Positions 15,460-24,400 of a DNA stretch of 34,710 nt are shown here, in pieces. The DNA lies in the IMG/VR virus record IMGVR_UViG_3300026484_000248, positions 1-34,710 of that record; one strand, given 5' to 3'. The notes under the pieces are model-generated. The model had not been told where the DNA came from and did no database searches. It saw only the letters and a list, made by a program, of their open reading frames with translations. Positions within the stretch are counted from its first letter, which is position 1. The number at the start of each line of letters is the position of its first letter. The DNA comes from a virus (lineage: Duplodnaviria > Heunggongvirae > Uroviricota > Caudoviricetes). The position numbers were made by a program, and so were the translations under genes.

Positions 15460-16692
15460 TTACGCTAGTAAATTTTTTATTGCAACTTCAGTAACTTTAC
15501 CGTCATCGTCATAGCTAGTAGTTACTTTTTGTTTACTAATATCAGTTTCTTCAATTAGTTCAGTAATATCACCGTCATCATTTCTTACAATATCGTGTAC
15601 ATATAATGAACCTTCTGTGTACTCTTTAATAGTACTATCATCATTATAAGTAATAGTCATAGGACGAGAATGTTGAATTAATTTAATCTTATTATCGGCA
15701 TCTATTTTATTAATTAAATCTTTATTGATATAAAGTTGACCTGTATTTTGTGCAATCGAGAACTGAGCCCCTTTATAAACATACCCCATTTCCTCATCAA
15801 AAATATGAGTTAATTGAGTTCCAAGTAAAGCAAAATCTGTAATTCTAATTAAACTCATTCCGCCCGTTTTAAAAGGCAAGTGTTTTTCTGCATCAACACC
15901 AATACTCATTGTAGCATCTGGATTTTCTAATTTAAAACTTTCTGAAACCTCAACTTCAACTATTTTTGTACCTGAAGAAGCATCGACCATCGCTAATGAC
16001 GCTCCATCTCTTATAACAGCAATCATCATCCATTTGTCAAGCATATCAGCTTTTTCAACATCCGTAGTTAAATCATAAGTCTCATCTGTTCTATGACTAT
16101 AAACTTTAAAATGGAAAACATTATCGGCGTCTAAAGATGCTTTAATCCAATCTCCATCTCTTTTTGATGAATCGTCTTCATTAACTTTTGCCCATTCAAA
16201 CATTGTTTGGTCATAGTCATAATCTCCAATTTTTACCCATCCTAGTAAAGACCAGTTTCTATTACTAAATTGTCTACCGTTAGTAGTTTCTAATTCCAAG
16301 TAGTTGTCTGTAGTAAATCCGGAATATGCTTGTAATGCTGAACCATCTGCGATAGGGGCACTATCAACAGTCCCTGTTTCAACAAGGTCATTTCTATATA
16401 TACCTCTATCTTTTAATTTACTATTAACCAACCAAGTTCCTACTGTATCTCCTGGGGACCAATCTGAAGTATTAACTGATTGAGCACCTTTTGCCATATA
16501 AGTCCAGTTATCACCATCAATAACACCATCTGTTTTTGGTTGATTATCTTTGTTTGGTTTATCTACTGTACCTGTTTTTGATATAAATGTATCTCCTTCA
16601 TAAAATACATAATCATCTATTACATATTCTGTTGCCGCTGAATAATCACCCTTTTGAACAATTTTAATGTTCCCTAAATTAATTTTCATCAT
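15460..16692 (-). CDS. Putative tail fibre / receptor-binding protein with LamG (ConA-like) domain
   Basis: N-terminal NLGNIKIVQKGDYSAATEYVIDDYVFYEG carbohydrate-binding-like module. Central NWSLLGWVK..WMMIAVIRDG..MSIG..GGMSLIRI is a LamG-like pattern. Confidence 0.6.
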   Translation of the reverse strand: MMKINLGNIKIVQKGDYSAATEYVIDDYVFYEGDTFISKTGTVDKPNKDNQPKTDGVIDGDNWTYMAKGAQSVNTSDWSPGDTVGTWLVNSKLKDRGIYRNDLVETGTVDSAPIADGSALQAYSGFTTDNYLELETTNGRQFSNRNWSLLGWVKIGDYDYDQTMFEWAKVNEDDSSKRDGDWIKASLDADNVFHFKVYSHRTDETYDLTTDVEKADMLDKWMMIAVIRDGASLAMVDASSGTKIVEVEVSESFKLENPDATMSIGVDAEKHLPFKTGGMSLIRITDFALLGTQLTHIFDEEMGYVYKGAQFSIAQNTGQLYINKDLINKIDADNKIKLIQHSRPMTITYNDDSTIKEYTEGSLYVHDIVRNDDGDITELIEETDISKQKVTTSYDDDGKVTEVAIKNLLA

Positions 16693-16716
16693 AATTAAAT
16701 TTCTCCTTTGTTTCTT

Positions 16717-17226
16717 TTATTTATGTTTGCTAAGTAACAAGTTACCTTTAGCATTTATGTTAAAATGTATATCTTTTTCAATTATCCAATATAAATAATC
16801 GTCTGGATTTACTTCAATATCAGTATCTTCAAAACCAGCAATTTCCGATTTGCCTTCATCTTCATCAAAAACATGAACTTCTAAAGAATTTCTATCTTCT
16901 GATCTTTTAATCCCAAGGAATTGAGTTTTTGCTGTTAATTGTAATGCTCCACTATTAATATAAGCCAAAAGACTTTCTCTACTAAGAGCTTCTTTTTCTT
17001 CTACTTTAGCTACTTCAGCAAAAGTTTGCATTGTCATTTCTGATAATGCTATATTTTTTTCTTCCAAATATTGAATTTGTTCTAAAGTTAATGCGGGTTT
17101 CACAAATGTTTTTGAAATTCCGTTTTCATAATCTTCGATTACAACAATTCTTCCTTCTGGAACTTTATCTATACCAGTTTCATCTTTACTTTTAAAATGA
17201 TAATTGGGTTTTCTTGAATATCCCAT
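16717..17226 (-). CDS. Hypothetical protein in the fibre cluster
   Basis: 169-aa ORF with strong SD AGGAGG, co-oriented with fibre genes. Confidence 0.6.
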   Translation of the reverse strand: MGYSRKPNYHFKSKDETGIDKVPEGRIVVIEDYENGISKTFVKPALTLEQIQYLEEKNIALSEMTMQTFAEVAKVEEKEALSRESLLAYINSGALQLTAKTQFLGIKRSEDRNSLEVHVFDEDEGKSEIAGFEDTDIEVNPDDYLYWIIEKDIHFNINAKGNLLLSKHK

Positions 17227-17321
17227 ATTTTCCTCCTTTTGTCGAGACTTATTTTAATATTTCTCACGATAATATATATCTCAATTTTAAACCAACTAAG
17301 AAAATTTCCTAATCTTATTAT

Positions 17322-17329
17322 TATTTATA
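17322..17329 (-). promoter_or_regulatory. T4-type late promoter TATAAATA
   Basis: Exact motif in the 17227-17361 intergenic region. Confidence 0.55.
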
Positions 17330-17361
17330 AAATATATATTATTAAAATAGTGCTTAATTTA

Positions 17362-18531
17362 TTACCAAGTAACTATATTTACCCAGTCACCTTCTGATAA
17401 TTTATTTTCTAAAAAGATAGTTTCCCCATCAGTCGCTTCATAAGTGCTATTTTTTAATTTAATCCCCTCTACAAATATTTGTATTTGACCAGGTATATAA
17501 GTTAAATCAATTTTATATTGATCTTCTTCAGCTTCGATATCATGTTCTTTATATTCAAAATGGAAATCTTTTTTGGTTAAAAGTGGATAATATTCAACCC
17601 CGTCTACTGTAATTTCCCATTTAGATGCTGTTTCATTCCATCTAAGTTGCACATTCTCTTCTGAACCCCTATTTACTTCAAACCCAACATTTTCGTTTGG
17701 TTGAGCTTCTGAGTCTTGATCTGCGTTTAAAAGAATAATATTATCAGACATTTCTATAACATTAGAATTCATTTTTACTATATCACCTAAAACTTCAAGA
17801 GATTTAGTTATAACTACATGATTATCTAATGTTAATTTGTTATCTTCGTTTAACGCTTTAATAGTATTTTTAAGAGTAAGATTTTTTGTTATATTTAATC
17901 CACCTACTATTTCAATTGTACTATCACCTATTACACCATTTTCATTATCGACAGAATTGATTTTATTGCCATTAATAGTAATTTCTTTATTAACAAGTAA
18001 ATTTTCTGAAATATCAACATTACCTTTAATTTCTAAAGTATCTGAACCCTCAACACCATCAGCATCAACAGTAATTATTTTTCCTGAAGTTTTTACATCA
18101 CCTTTAAATTCAGCATCCATACCAACAGAAATATTACTTGCCATCTCAACATCACCAGAAACACCAAGTGCTTTAGAAATTATTACAGTACCGTCAATTG
18201 CTATTGAGCCAGCGCCAGCCACATCATTATTATCTTTAGTAATAATTGTACTATTAAAATTAATATTATCTTCAATTGTAGCAGTTTGGCTTATTACAAT
18301 ATGTTTAGTAATATCTACTGATCCCTCAATAACAACTGTACCAAGACCATCTTTACCATCTGCATCTGTTGTTTTAACTGTATCAGTTACTTCTAAATAT
18401 TTGGTTACTGTTTTTCTTAAGTCTAATTGAGTTTTGTCAATTTTATTTACCAATTGTTTTAAAGGTCTATTTAAAGTTTCCTCATTTGCTCGCTCTCCAT
18501 TGGCAAACCATTCTATATCATCATATACCAT
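17362..18531 (-). CDS. Tail fibre-like protein with beta-strand repeats
   Basis: N-terminal GERANEETLNRPLKQL, short V/I-x-G repeats, and DNIILLN..GFEVNRG..QLRWNETASKW as in T4-like fibres. Confidence 0.65.
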   Translation of the reverse strand: MVYDDIEWFANGERANEETLNRPLKQLVNKIDKTQLDLRKTVTKYLEVTDTVKTTDADGKDGLGTVVIEGSVDITKHIVISQTATIEDNINFNSTIITKDNNDVAGAGSIAIDGTVIISKALGVSGDVEMASNISVGMDAEFKGDVKTSGKIITVDADGVEGSDTLEIKGNVDISENLLVNKEITINGNKINSVDNENGVIGDSTIEIVGGLNITKNLTLKNTIKALNEDNKLTLDNHVVITKSLEVLGDIVKMNSNVIEMSDNIILLNADQDSEAQPNENVGFEVNRGSEENVQLRWNETASKWEITVDGVEYYPLLTKKDFHFEYKEHDIEAEEDQYKIDLTYIPGQIQIFVEGIKLKNSTYEATDGETIFLENKLSEGDWVNIVTW

Positions 18532-18551
18532 TTTAATTCTCCTTTTTTATT

Positions 18552-18559
18552 TATTTATA
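18552..18559 (-). promoter_or_regulatory. T4-type late promoter TATAAATA
   Basis: Exact motif upstream of SD AAGGAG and ATG 18531. Confidence 0.7.
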
Positions 18560-18571
18560 CTTTTCTTTGAT

Positions 18572-18668
18572 TTACTTTATATTTAATCATTATCTTTACA
18601 ATAAGGCGGAGATAATGATGAATTCATACTGTAAAATAGTAATACAGTAATGATTAAATATAAAGTAA
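18572..18668. repeat. 21-bp perfect inverted repeat with a structured 55-nt spacer
   Basis: TTACTTTATATTTAATCATTA (18572-18592) and TAATGATTAAATATAAAGTAA (18648-18668). Confidence 0.8.
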
Positions 18669-18748
18669 TAGTGATATTCATAAAAATATATTCATATATT
18701 TTTCGTATAAAACCTATTAATTGATTATCACCTATTACAAACATTATT

Positions 18749-19030
18749 CTATTTTACTTTATTTTGATTAATTATTTCTTTAATCATATTTTCAGTAATA
18801 ATAATTTTATTACCCATCGAATCAATTCTATCACCCATAGAACCTATATCGTCACTTAATTTGGAAATTAGTTTTTGTTGATTAGTAATTAATGAAGTTA
18901 GAAAATTCATAGCCCCATAAATTAATTTAAAACAAAATCTCATTGCACTAAATATTAATTTATACATTAATGTGCAACATATTTCTATTAAATCAAAAAA
19001 TCTAATAAAAACTTTTCCAATAGTTTCCAA
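18749..19030 (-). CDS. Hypothetical protein (hydrophobic N-half, coiled-coil C-half)
   Basis: TTG start 8 nt after GAGGA; 93 aa. Confidence 0.45.
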   Translation of the reverse strand: METIGKVFIRFFDLIEICCTLMYKLIFSAMRFCFKLIYGAMNFLTSLITNQQKLISKLSDDIGSMGDRIDSMGNKIIITENMIKEIINQNKVK

Positions 19031-19034
19031 TATG

Positions 19035-19100
19035 TTAGTCCTCTGATACTATTTCAATAACTTCAACTATTTTATCAGTTATAATACCAATATTAAACAT
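19035..19100 (-). CDS. 21-codon mini-ORF (MFNIGIITDKIVEVIEIVSED)
   Basis: ATG overlaps the upstream stop (TAATG) and the ORF fills the gap. Its end provides the SD for the next gene. Confidence 0.3.
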   Translation of the reverse strand: MFNIGIITDKIVEVIEIVSED

Positions 19101-19282
19101 TATTTAGTACTATATTTAGCTGCTAAATTGTTGTCTTTAACAATTTCTTCAATTTTTGCTTTAGTAACACCGCTTTTAGCTGATTTAGTAGCTGTAATAA
19201 TCTTTTCTATAACTTTTTTGTTAGAAGTTTCATAATTACTATATCCAGCGTATAATTTTTCTATTAAATTTTGTAAATCCAT
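19100..19282 (-). CDS. Small basic hypothetical protein
   Basis: 60 aa with SD AAGGAG and a late promoter upstream. Confidence 0.6.
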   Translation of the reverse strand: MDLQNLIEKLYAGYSNYETSNKKVIEKIITATKSAKSGVTKAKIEEIVKDNNLAAKYSTK

Positions 19283-19311
19283 TTTAATCTCCTTTTTGTT
19301 TATTTCAATAA

Positions 19312-19319
19312 TATTTATA
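19312..19319 (-). promoter_or_regulatory. T4-type late promoter TATAAATA
   Basis: Exact motif overlapping the Hef-like stop codon. Confidence 0.6.
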
Positions 19320-20736
19320 AAATATATTTTAGATTACCTGAGTCATAAATCTCATAAATATTGTTATTATGACAATTTTCAATGGCGGTTAAAGAAATAT
19401 CAAATTTTTCTAAAATATTCGGTAATTTATGTTTCTGGTATTTTTCTCTAGAAGCTAAATTTAAGTTTTCAATATAAAAATGATTAGGTTTTATAATGTC
19501 AATTAAGTTTCCTATTTTACTATAAACATTATTTTTTGAGGAAAACCTTCTATCAGCAAAAGTAATAATGTCTTCTTTAAAAATGTTTTTAGCATATTTA
19601 AGTAACTTGTTAAAACCTCCTACTACAGTTGTATTTAAAATAGAACAACTTCTTTTCAGTTCCAAATATTTAGCTTTACTTCTATGAGATCTTTTAAAAG
19701 TTATTAATTGTATAAGATTATTATTAAAATATAATCCATATCTATGTGGAGCATTATCCTTTCCTTGTATATGATTATCTTCAAGAAATTTATTTGATTC
19801 CTTACTAGAAACTTCTTTTATAGTACATTTTCTTGCAAAAAATCTATTAGTATTTAATCCAAGTTTTGATTTTAAAATACTTTTAACTATTTCTTTTTTG
19901 AGAATCCATTCATTTTCAAATATATGAATTAGTTGAATATTATTATTTTCACAAATCTCAGTTTTATTAAAATGATATTTTTTATCCTTAAACAAAGAAG
20001 AATGTCCATATAGACCGTTATATTCTATAGCTATGCCTAAATCAGGAATGTATATATCCAATTCTATACCTAAACTTCTATCATTTTCTAAAACTTTTCC
20101 AGTATATAAGGATGTTATAAATTCTAAAACTTCCTTTTCTTGTAAAGAATAACCTTTAATTTTAGGAACACATTTTCTGCATATAATTCCATTAAAAATA
20201 TTTGCTCTTTCCCAAATATGCCCGCATTTATTGCATTTAAACTTTTGGCTTTCAGAACAATTTTTGAACTCATTTATTAAACTAACATTATTTAATTTTA
20301 GTAGTAAAGGCAGTTTTTTATTTAGGAAATGTTTCTTATTTCCTTCTATTTTTCCTTCTATATGAAATTTATTAGAACATTCTACTGAACAAGTATCAAC
20401 ATATCTATTCTCTTCTTTTTTGAATTTACACTTTACTTTGTTGCATTGCTTACATAAAGGTTTTTCTGTTATTTGATTTTTTATTATAAATATAGCTTCT
20501 TTATAAGAGTCAGCTATTTGTGTATCTATATAGTTTTTTATAAGGAAGTTTTGAACTTGTTTATTTTTATATAAAGATCTTTCTCCTAATGTAGATTCTA
20601 TAAAATCAATATATTCTAACGGAGATAATTGTAATACCTCGTTAGAATAAAGTAAAAACTTCTTATATTCTCTTTTATATTTTTGTCGTTCTTTTAATGG
20701 TAGGTCTCGGATTTCTTCTTTACTAAGTTCTTTAAT
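19315..20736 (-). CDS. Hef-like homing endonuclease (~473 aa) with probable ATT start
   Basis: The frame is open from 20748 to 19315. It has CxxC modules, then LDIYIPDLGIAIEYNG..H (Vsr/DUF559-like nuclease) and FLEDNHIQG..VVGGF.KLL..TFADRRFS..YDSG as in Hef proteins. SD AAGGAG lies 6 nt before ATT 20736. Confidence 0.8.
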   Translation of the reverse strand: MKELSKEEIRDLPLKERQKYKREYKKFLLYSNEVLQLSPLEYIDFIESTLGERSLYKNKQVQNFLIKNYIDTQIADSYKEAIFIIKNQITEKPLCKQCNKVKCKFKKEENRYVDTCSVECSNKFHIEGKIEGNKKHFLNKKLPLLLKLNNVSLINEFKNCSESQKFKCNKCGHIWERANIFNGIICRKCVPKIKGYSLQEKEVLEFITSLYTGKVLENDRSLGIELDIYIPDLGIAIEYNGLYGHSSLFKDKKYHFNKTEICENNNIQLIHIFENEWILKKEIVKSILKSKLGLNTNRFFARKCTIKEVSSKESNKFLEDNHIQGKDNAPHRYGLYFNNNLIQLITFKRSHRSKAKYLELKRSCSILNTTVVGGFNKLLKYAKNIFKEDIITFADRRFSSKNNVYSKIGNLIDIIKPNHFYIENLNLASREKYQKHKLPNILEKFDISLTAIENCHNNNIYEIYDSGNLKYIL

Positions 20737-20757
20737 AATAAACTCCTTTTATAGTTT

Positions 20758-20779
20758 ATTATATTTATATTATTCTTAA
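20758..20779 (-). promoter_or_regulatory. TTAAG-N11-TATAAT promoter with nested late TATAAATA (20762-20769)
   Basis: TTAAG-AATAATATAAA-TATAAT directly upstream of the Hef-like SD. Confidence 0.65.
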
Positions 20780-20782
20780 CAA

Positions 20783-21436
20783 TTAGAAAATTATTGCCCA
20801 AGTAATTTCAAACTTAACGGTATCTTCTTTTACCCTCGCAGGAAATGTTTTCATAGAGAATATATCTTCTCCAGCGTATAGTGCTGCTTCTGTATATGCA
20901 ACAACTTCACCTTCTCCAGCTCTATTGCCACATTCATCAGGAATAGTAATTGTAAAAGTACAAGTTCTATCAGCGATTGCTCTTTTAACAGTACATTTTT
21001 TAGTTTCTTTTACTCTTTCGCCTTTTACTTCAGCAGTAGTTTCTTCATCAACTTTAACTGCATCTTTACTTTGAACATTAAAGTTAATTCCATAAGTAAA
21101 GTTTGCTTTACCATTTGAACCGTCTTCTTCTCCGTCTCCATCGGGGTCATCATTATCTGAATCTTCAGCAAATAACATTGTATTACTTGATAAAAATTCG
21201 TTATTTTCCCCAACTTTCTTATAATCTAAAATGTCTGAACCATTATGCCCTTTGTTACCCAAAACAAATTTATCAATAGGAACTCCTGCAGTCCATCCAC
21301 CAACTAATTCAGCCATATTACTTCTTGCTGAATCCATAATTAAGTTTTTATCCTCATATATTTCTACACTACCGTCTTTTTTGAATGCTTTAACTAGGAA
21401 ATGACCTTTCATTTCTACGTTATCTCTTAAATCCAT
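20783..21436 (-). CDS. Baseplate / tail-fibre attachment structural protein
   Basis: KNLIMDSAR..A..YTEAALY..IFSMKTFPARVK..FEITWAIIF, a pattern of tail-collar/baseplate proteins. Follows the gp7-like gene. Confidence 0.55.
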   Translation of the reverse strand: MDLRDNVEMKGHFLVKAFKKDGSVEIYEDKNLIMDSARSNMAELVGGWTAGVPIDKFVLGNKGHNGSDILDYKKVGENNEFLSSNTMLFAEDSDNDDPDGDGEEDGSNGKANFTYGINFNVQSKDAVKVDEETTAEVKGERVKETKKCTVKRAIADRTCTFTITIPDECGNRAGEGEVVAYTEAALYAGEDIFSMKTFPARVKEDTVKFEITWAIIF

Positions 21437-21455
21437 TTGCTTCTCCTTTTGTTTA

Positions 21456-21469
21456 TATTTATATTTATA
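21456..21469 (-). promoter_or_regulatory. Two overlapping T4-type late promoters TATAAATA
   Basis: TATTTATA on the plus strand at 21456-21463 and 21462-21469. Confidence 0.65.
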
Positions 21470-21499
21470 CTTATACTTAAAGTGATAAATGAAGTAATA

Positions 21500-24400
21500 T
21501 TAACTAGCTGCTTCTATATTATTGTCCTCAAGATATACCCATTCTTCTTCATCTTCATCCCATCTATATACTCCACAAGTAAAATGGTCAAAAGAATTAT
21601 GTCTTTCATCATTCTCGTGGAAGTTCCAATCAACCCTGTATAACTCTGCTGAAGCGGAAAATGTTTCGCCCATATAACCACCAATAATGTCCCTACCAAT
21701 AACCATACAGTCGTCTTTATCATCAGAATTTCCAATATAAACTTCCAGAAATTTATTCTGAGTATAGTCTTCTTCTTTACATAAATTAATTGTTTCTTTA
21801 GTATTTGCACTTTCACTTAACATATATTCGAAACCAATCATAAAATTAATAGTTCCGTGACTTCTATCGTCTGACTCTACTTCTCCGCCTATTTCTAAAT
21901 CTGTATCCCCAATTTTAATATTATGAAAATTATCAATTATACTATCATTTAATAATTTTTCTTCTTGTACTAAATCTTTAACTTCAATTTCTCCAAATTC
22001 CTCTATAATATTATTTTCCTGTGTAAATATAATATTTTCAAATTTGTTAAAATCTTGCTCTCCAACTTGCCAATTCCATCTAGCTCGATATGCGTCGGCT
22101 TTAACCATTTCACTGTAACCAGCCCCATTAATATAATTGCAGCCTATAATTAAGTCTTCTTCTCCAATATTCCATTCTACATAAGTATTATAACAATATT
22201 CTTGTTTTGTAGGATTCATATTTCTTATTTCAGTAAAACCAAATACATCACTATAAGAGATTTCATATCCAATAAACGAAGGAACTGTTTCTCCATAAAC
22301 TTCTGTATATTCTATATTAAATTCACCAATTATAAATTGTACTTTTTGGTTTGTTTTATAAACATAATCTCCACCAAAATCAGCTTCTTCCTTAGTTGTT
22401 AAACCCAGAATAACATCCTGAATACTTTTCTCTTCTGTGTTCCATTTTGAAGAGATACTTTTAACTTCTGAATTTATAATATATTCATAATCTTCTCGAG
22501 AATCTTTTGATATATCATCATATCTCCAATTCCACTGCCCTCTATATACATCAGCATTTACTTCTTTGTGATATGCATATCCGTCAATATAAATATCACT
22601 ACCTATATCCAATTGTTCTTTTTCATTAATATTCCAATTAGAATAAGTATTATAACTATAATTGTTTTTCAAATGATTAACATTCCAAGAAATTATATTA
22701 TTATATTCTTCTTGATAATTAAGATAATACCCAATCAATACATTTCTGGTATTTCCTGTTTCATATGAACCTTTACCATTAATATTAAAATCACCAATTC
22801 TAAATACCGGCATATCCTTTTCAAAGTTATCAAAACCAAAATTATGTGAATTGATTATTGTTAAAGATGAATCATCTGCTGTTTTATTAAGCCCATCCTC
22901 ATCTTCTGTAATGCTATCATTAGCAGTAAAATAAGGTGTAAAATTTACTTTCTCAAATTTATCATAAGTTCCTGTTCCTACTTCATTCCAAGTTTGTCTA
23001 AACATATCTGCTTTAACATATTCACTATATCCAAGTGAGCCGATTAAAATACTTTGGTTATCTTCATCAATAGTTCCTATATTCCTTTCATCTCCTACTT
23101 TCCACTCAACAAAAGTATTATAAGTATATAATTCAAAATAAGGATTTATATTAAATCCTATTCCAAAGTGATAGTCATCAGTAAACATATTGTCATATCC
23201 AATATAAACTGGTTTTATATGATTTGAAGCATATAAAACAGTATCGTTAATATTAAAATCGCCTATTTTTAACTTATGCTCATCTTTACTATATTCTTCT
23301 GTATCTACAGTAGAATGTGCAATATGGTCCATAATATTTTCATTTAAATCTACAGCACTTTTAATAATCCCGTCTTCGTCTTCTTTTGTGAAATCTGCTT
23401 CCATAATTGGATAAACAGTAAAATCAAAAGATTCATATTTACTATGGCTTGAATCTTTATCATCAAGATATGTCCATTTAGCTCTATATATTTCAGCTTT
23501 TACTTCTTCGTGATAAGGAGTTCCATCTATATAAGCACAACCAACTTCATATCCTGTATCCCCAAGATTCCAATTAATAAATTCATCATAACAATATTCA
23601 ACTTGATTAGGAACTAAATTCCACATCATTGTAAAATCTAAATTATCTTCGACTGGTTTTAACCACCCAATAGATGCAGGTGCTGTATTATTAAGAGAAG
23701 GATAAAAAATATCTTTTCCAATATTAAAATCTCCTATCTCCGTAAATAACTCTATTCTATCATAAAGGTCATTCCCAGCATCTATTGTTTGTGTAACCGC
23801 TTCAAGACTATCATTAGTTTCCTCTGTTAAGTTATGAGATTCTAATTCAGTAACTTCCATTTCGACTTCAATAGTCTCAAAAGTTTTAGTTTGTAAATTA
23901 ACCGGGTCGGCATCTACTAATTGATCGAAATCTCTTGTTCTATAATTATGTTCATAACTTCCAATCGATAAATCAAAAAATGCTTGTTGGTCGATTCCGT
24001 ATATTGGCAAAGTACCGATAGTAACATAAAATTTCTTTTCTTTAACAGCACAAACAGCTTCTCCGTCAATATCAAATTCCCCTAATTTAATACCATGAGT
24101 AACAGTTTCTAATAATTCTAGTGGTCTACCCTGTTCATCTTCTATAACGCCGTCATCAAATTGTCTAAGGTATTCACTTTCTTTTTCAACATTAAAATCA
24201 TATAATTTATGTTTATAAGTTTTTTCATTTTTAAATAAATTAAACTCAATATCCATATTATAATCTTCCCAAGCTGTGTAAAAATTATTATTTGAATTCT
24301 TTTTTGTTTTCCATTCAGTATTATCTCTTATATATCTTTCAACAGAATTTGGATTTTCTAATAATGCTAAATCATCTATTTCTTTTGGTTTAAAATAATT

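Noticed and set aside
17837-18430. 197-aa plus-strand ORF
   Set aside because: Antisense shadow of the fibre gene. Its Ser/Ile/Leu/Pro-rich composition mirrors the real codons, and I see no SD or promoter.
20059-20061. ORF-track TTG start for the Hef-like gene
   Set aside because: It falls inside the nuclease motif (IELDIYIP) and has no SD, and the frame continues upstream with conserved-looking zinc modules.
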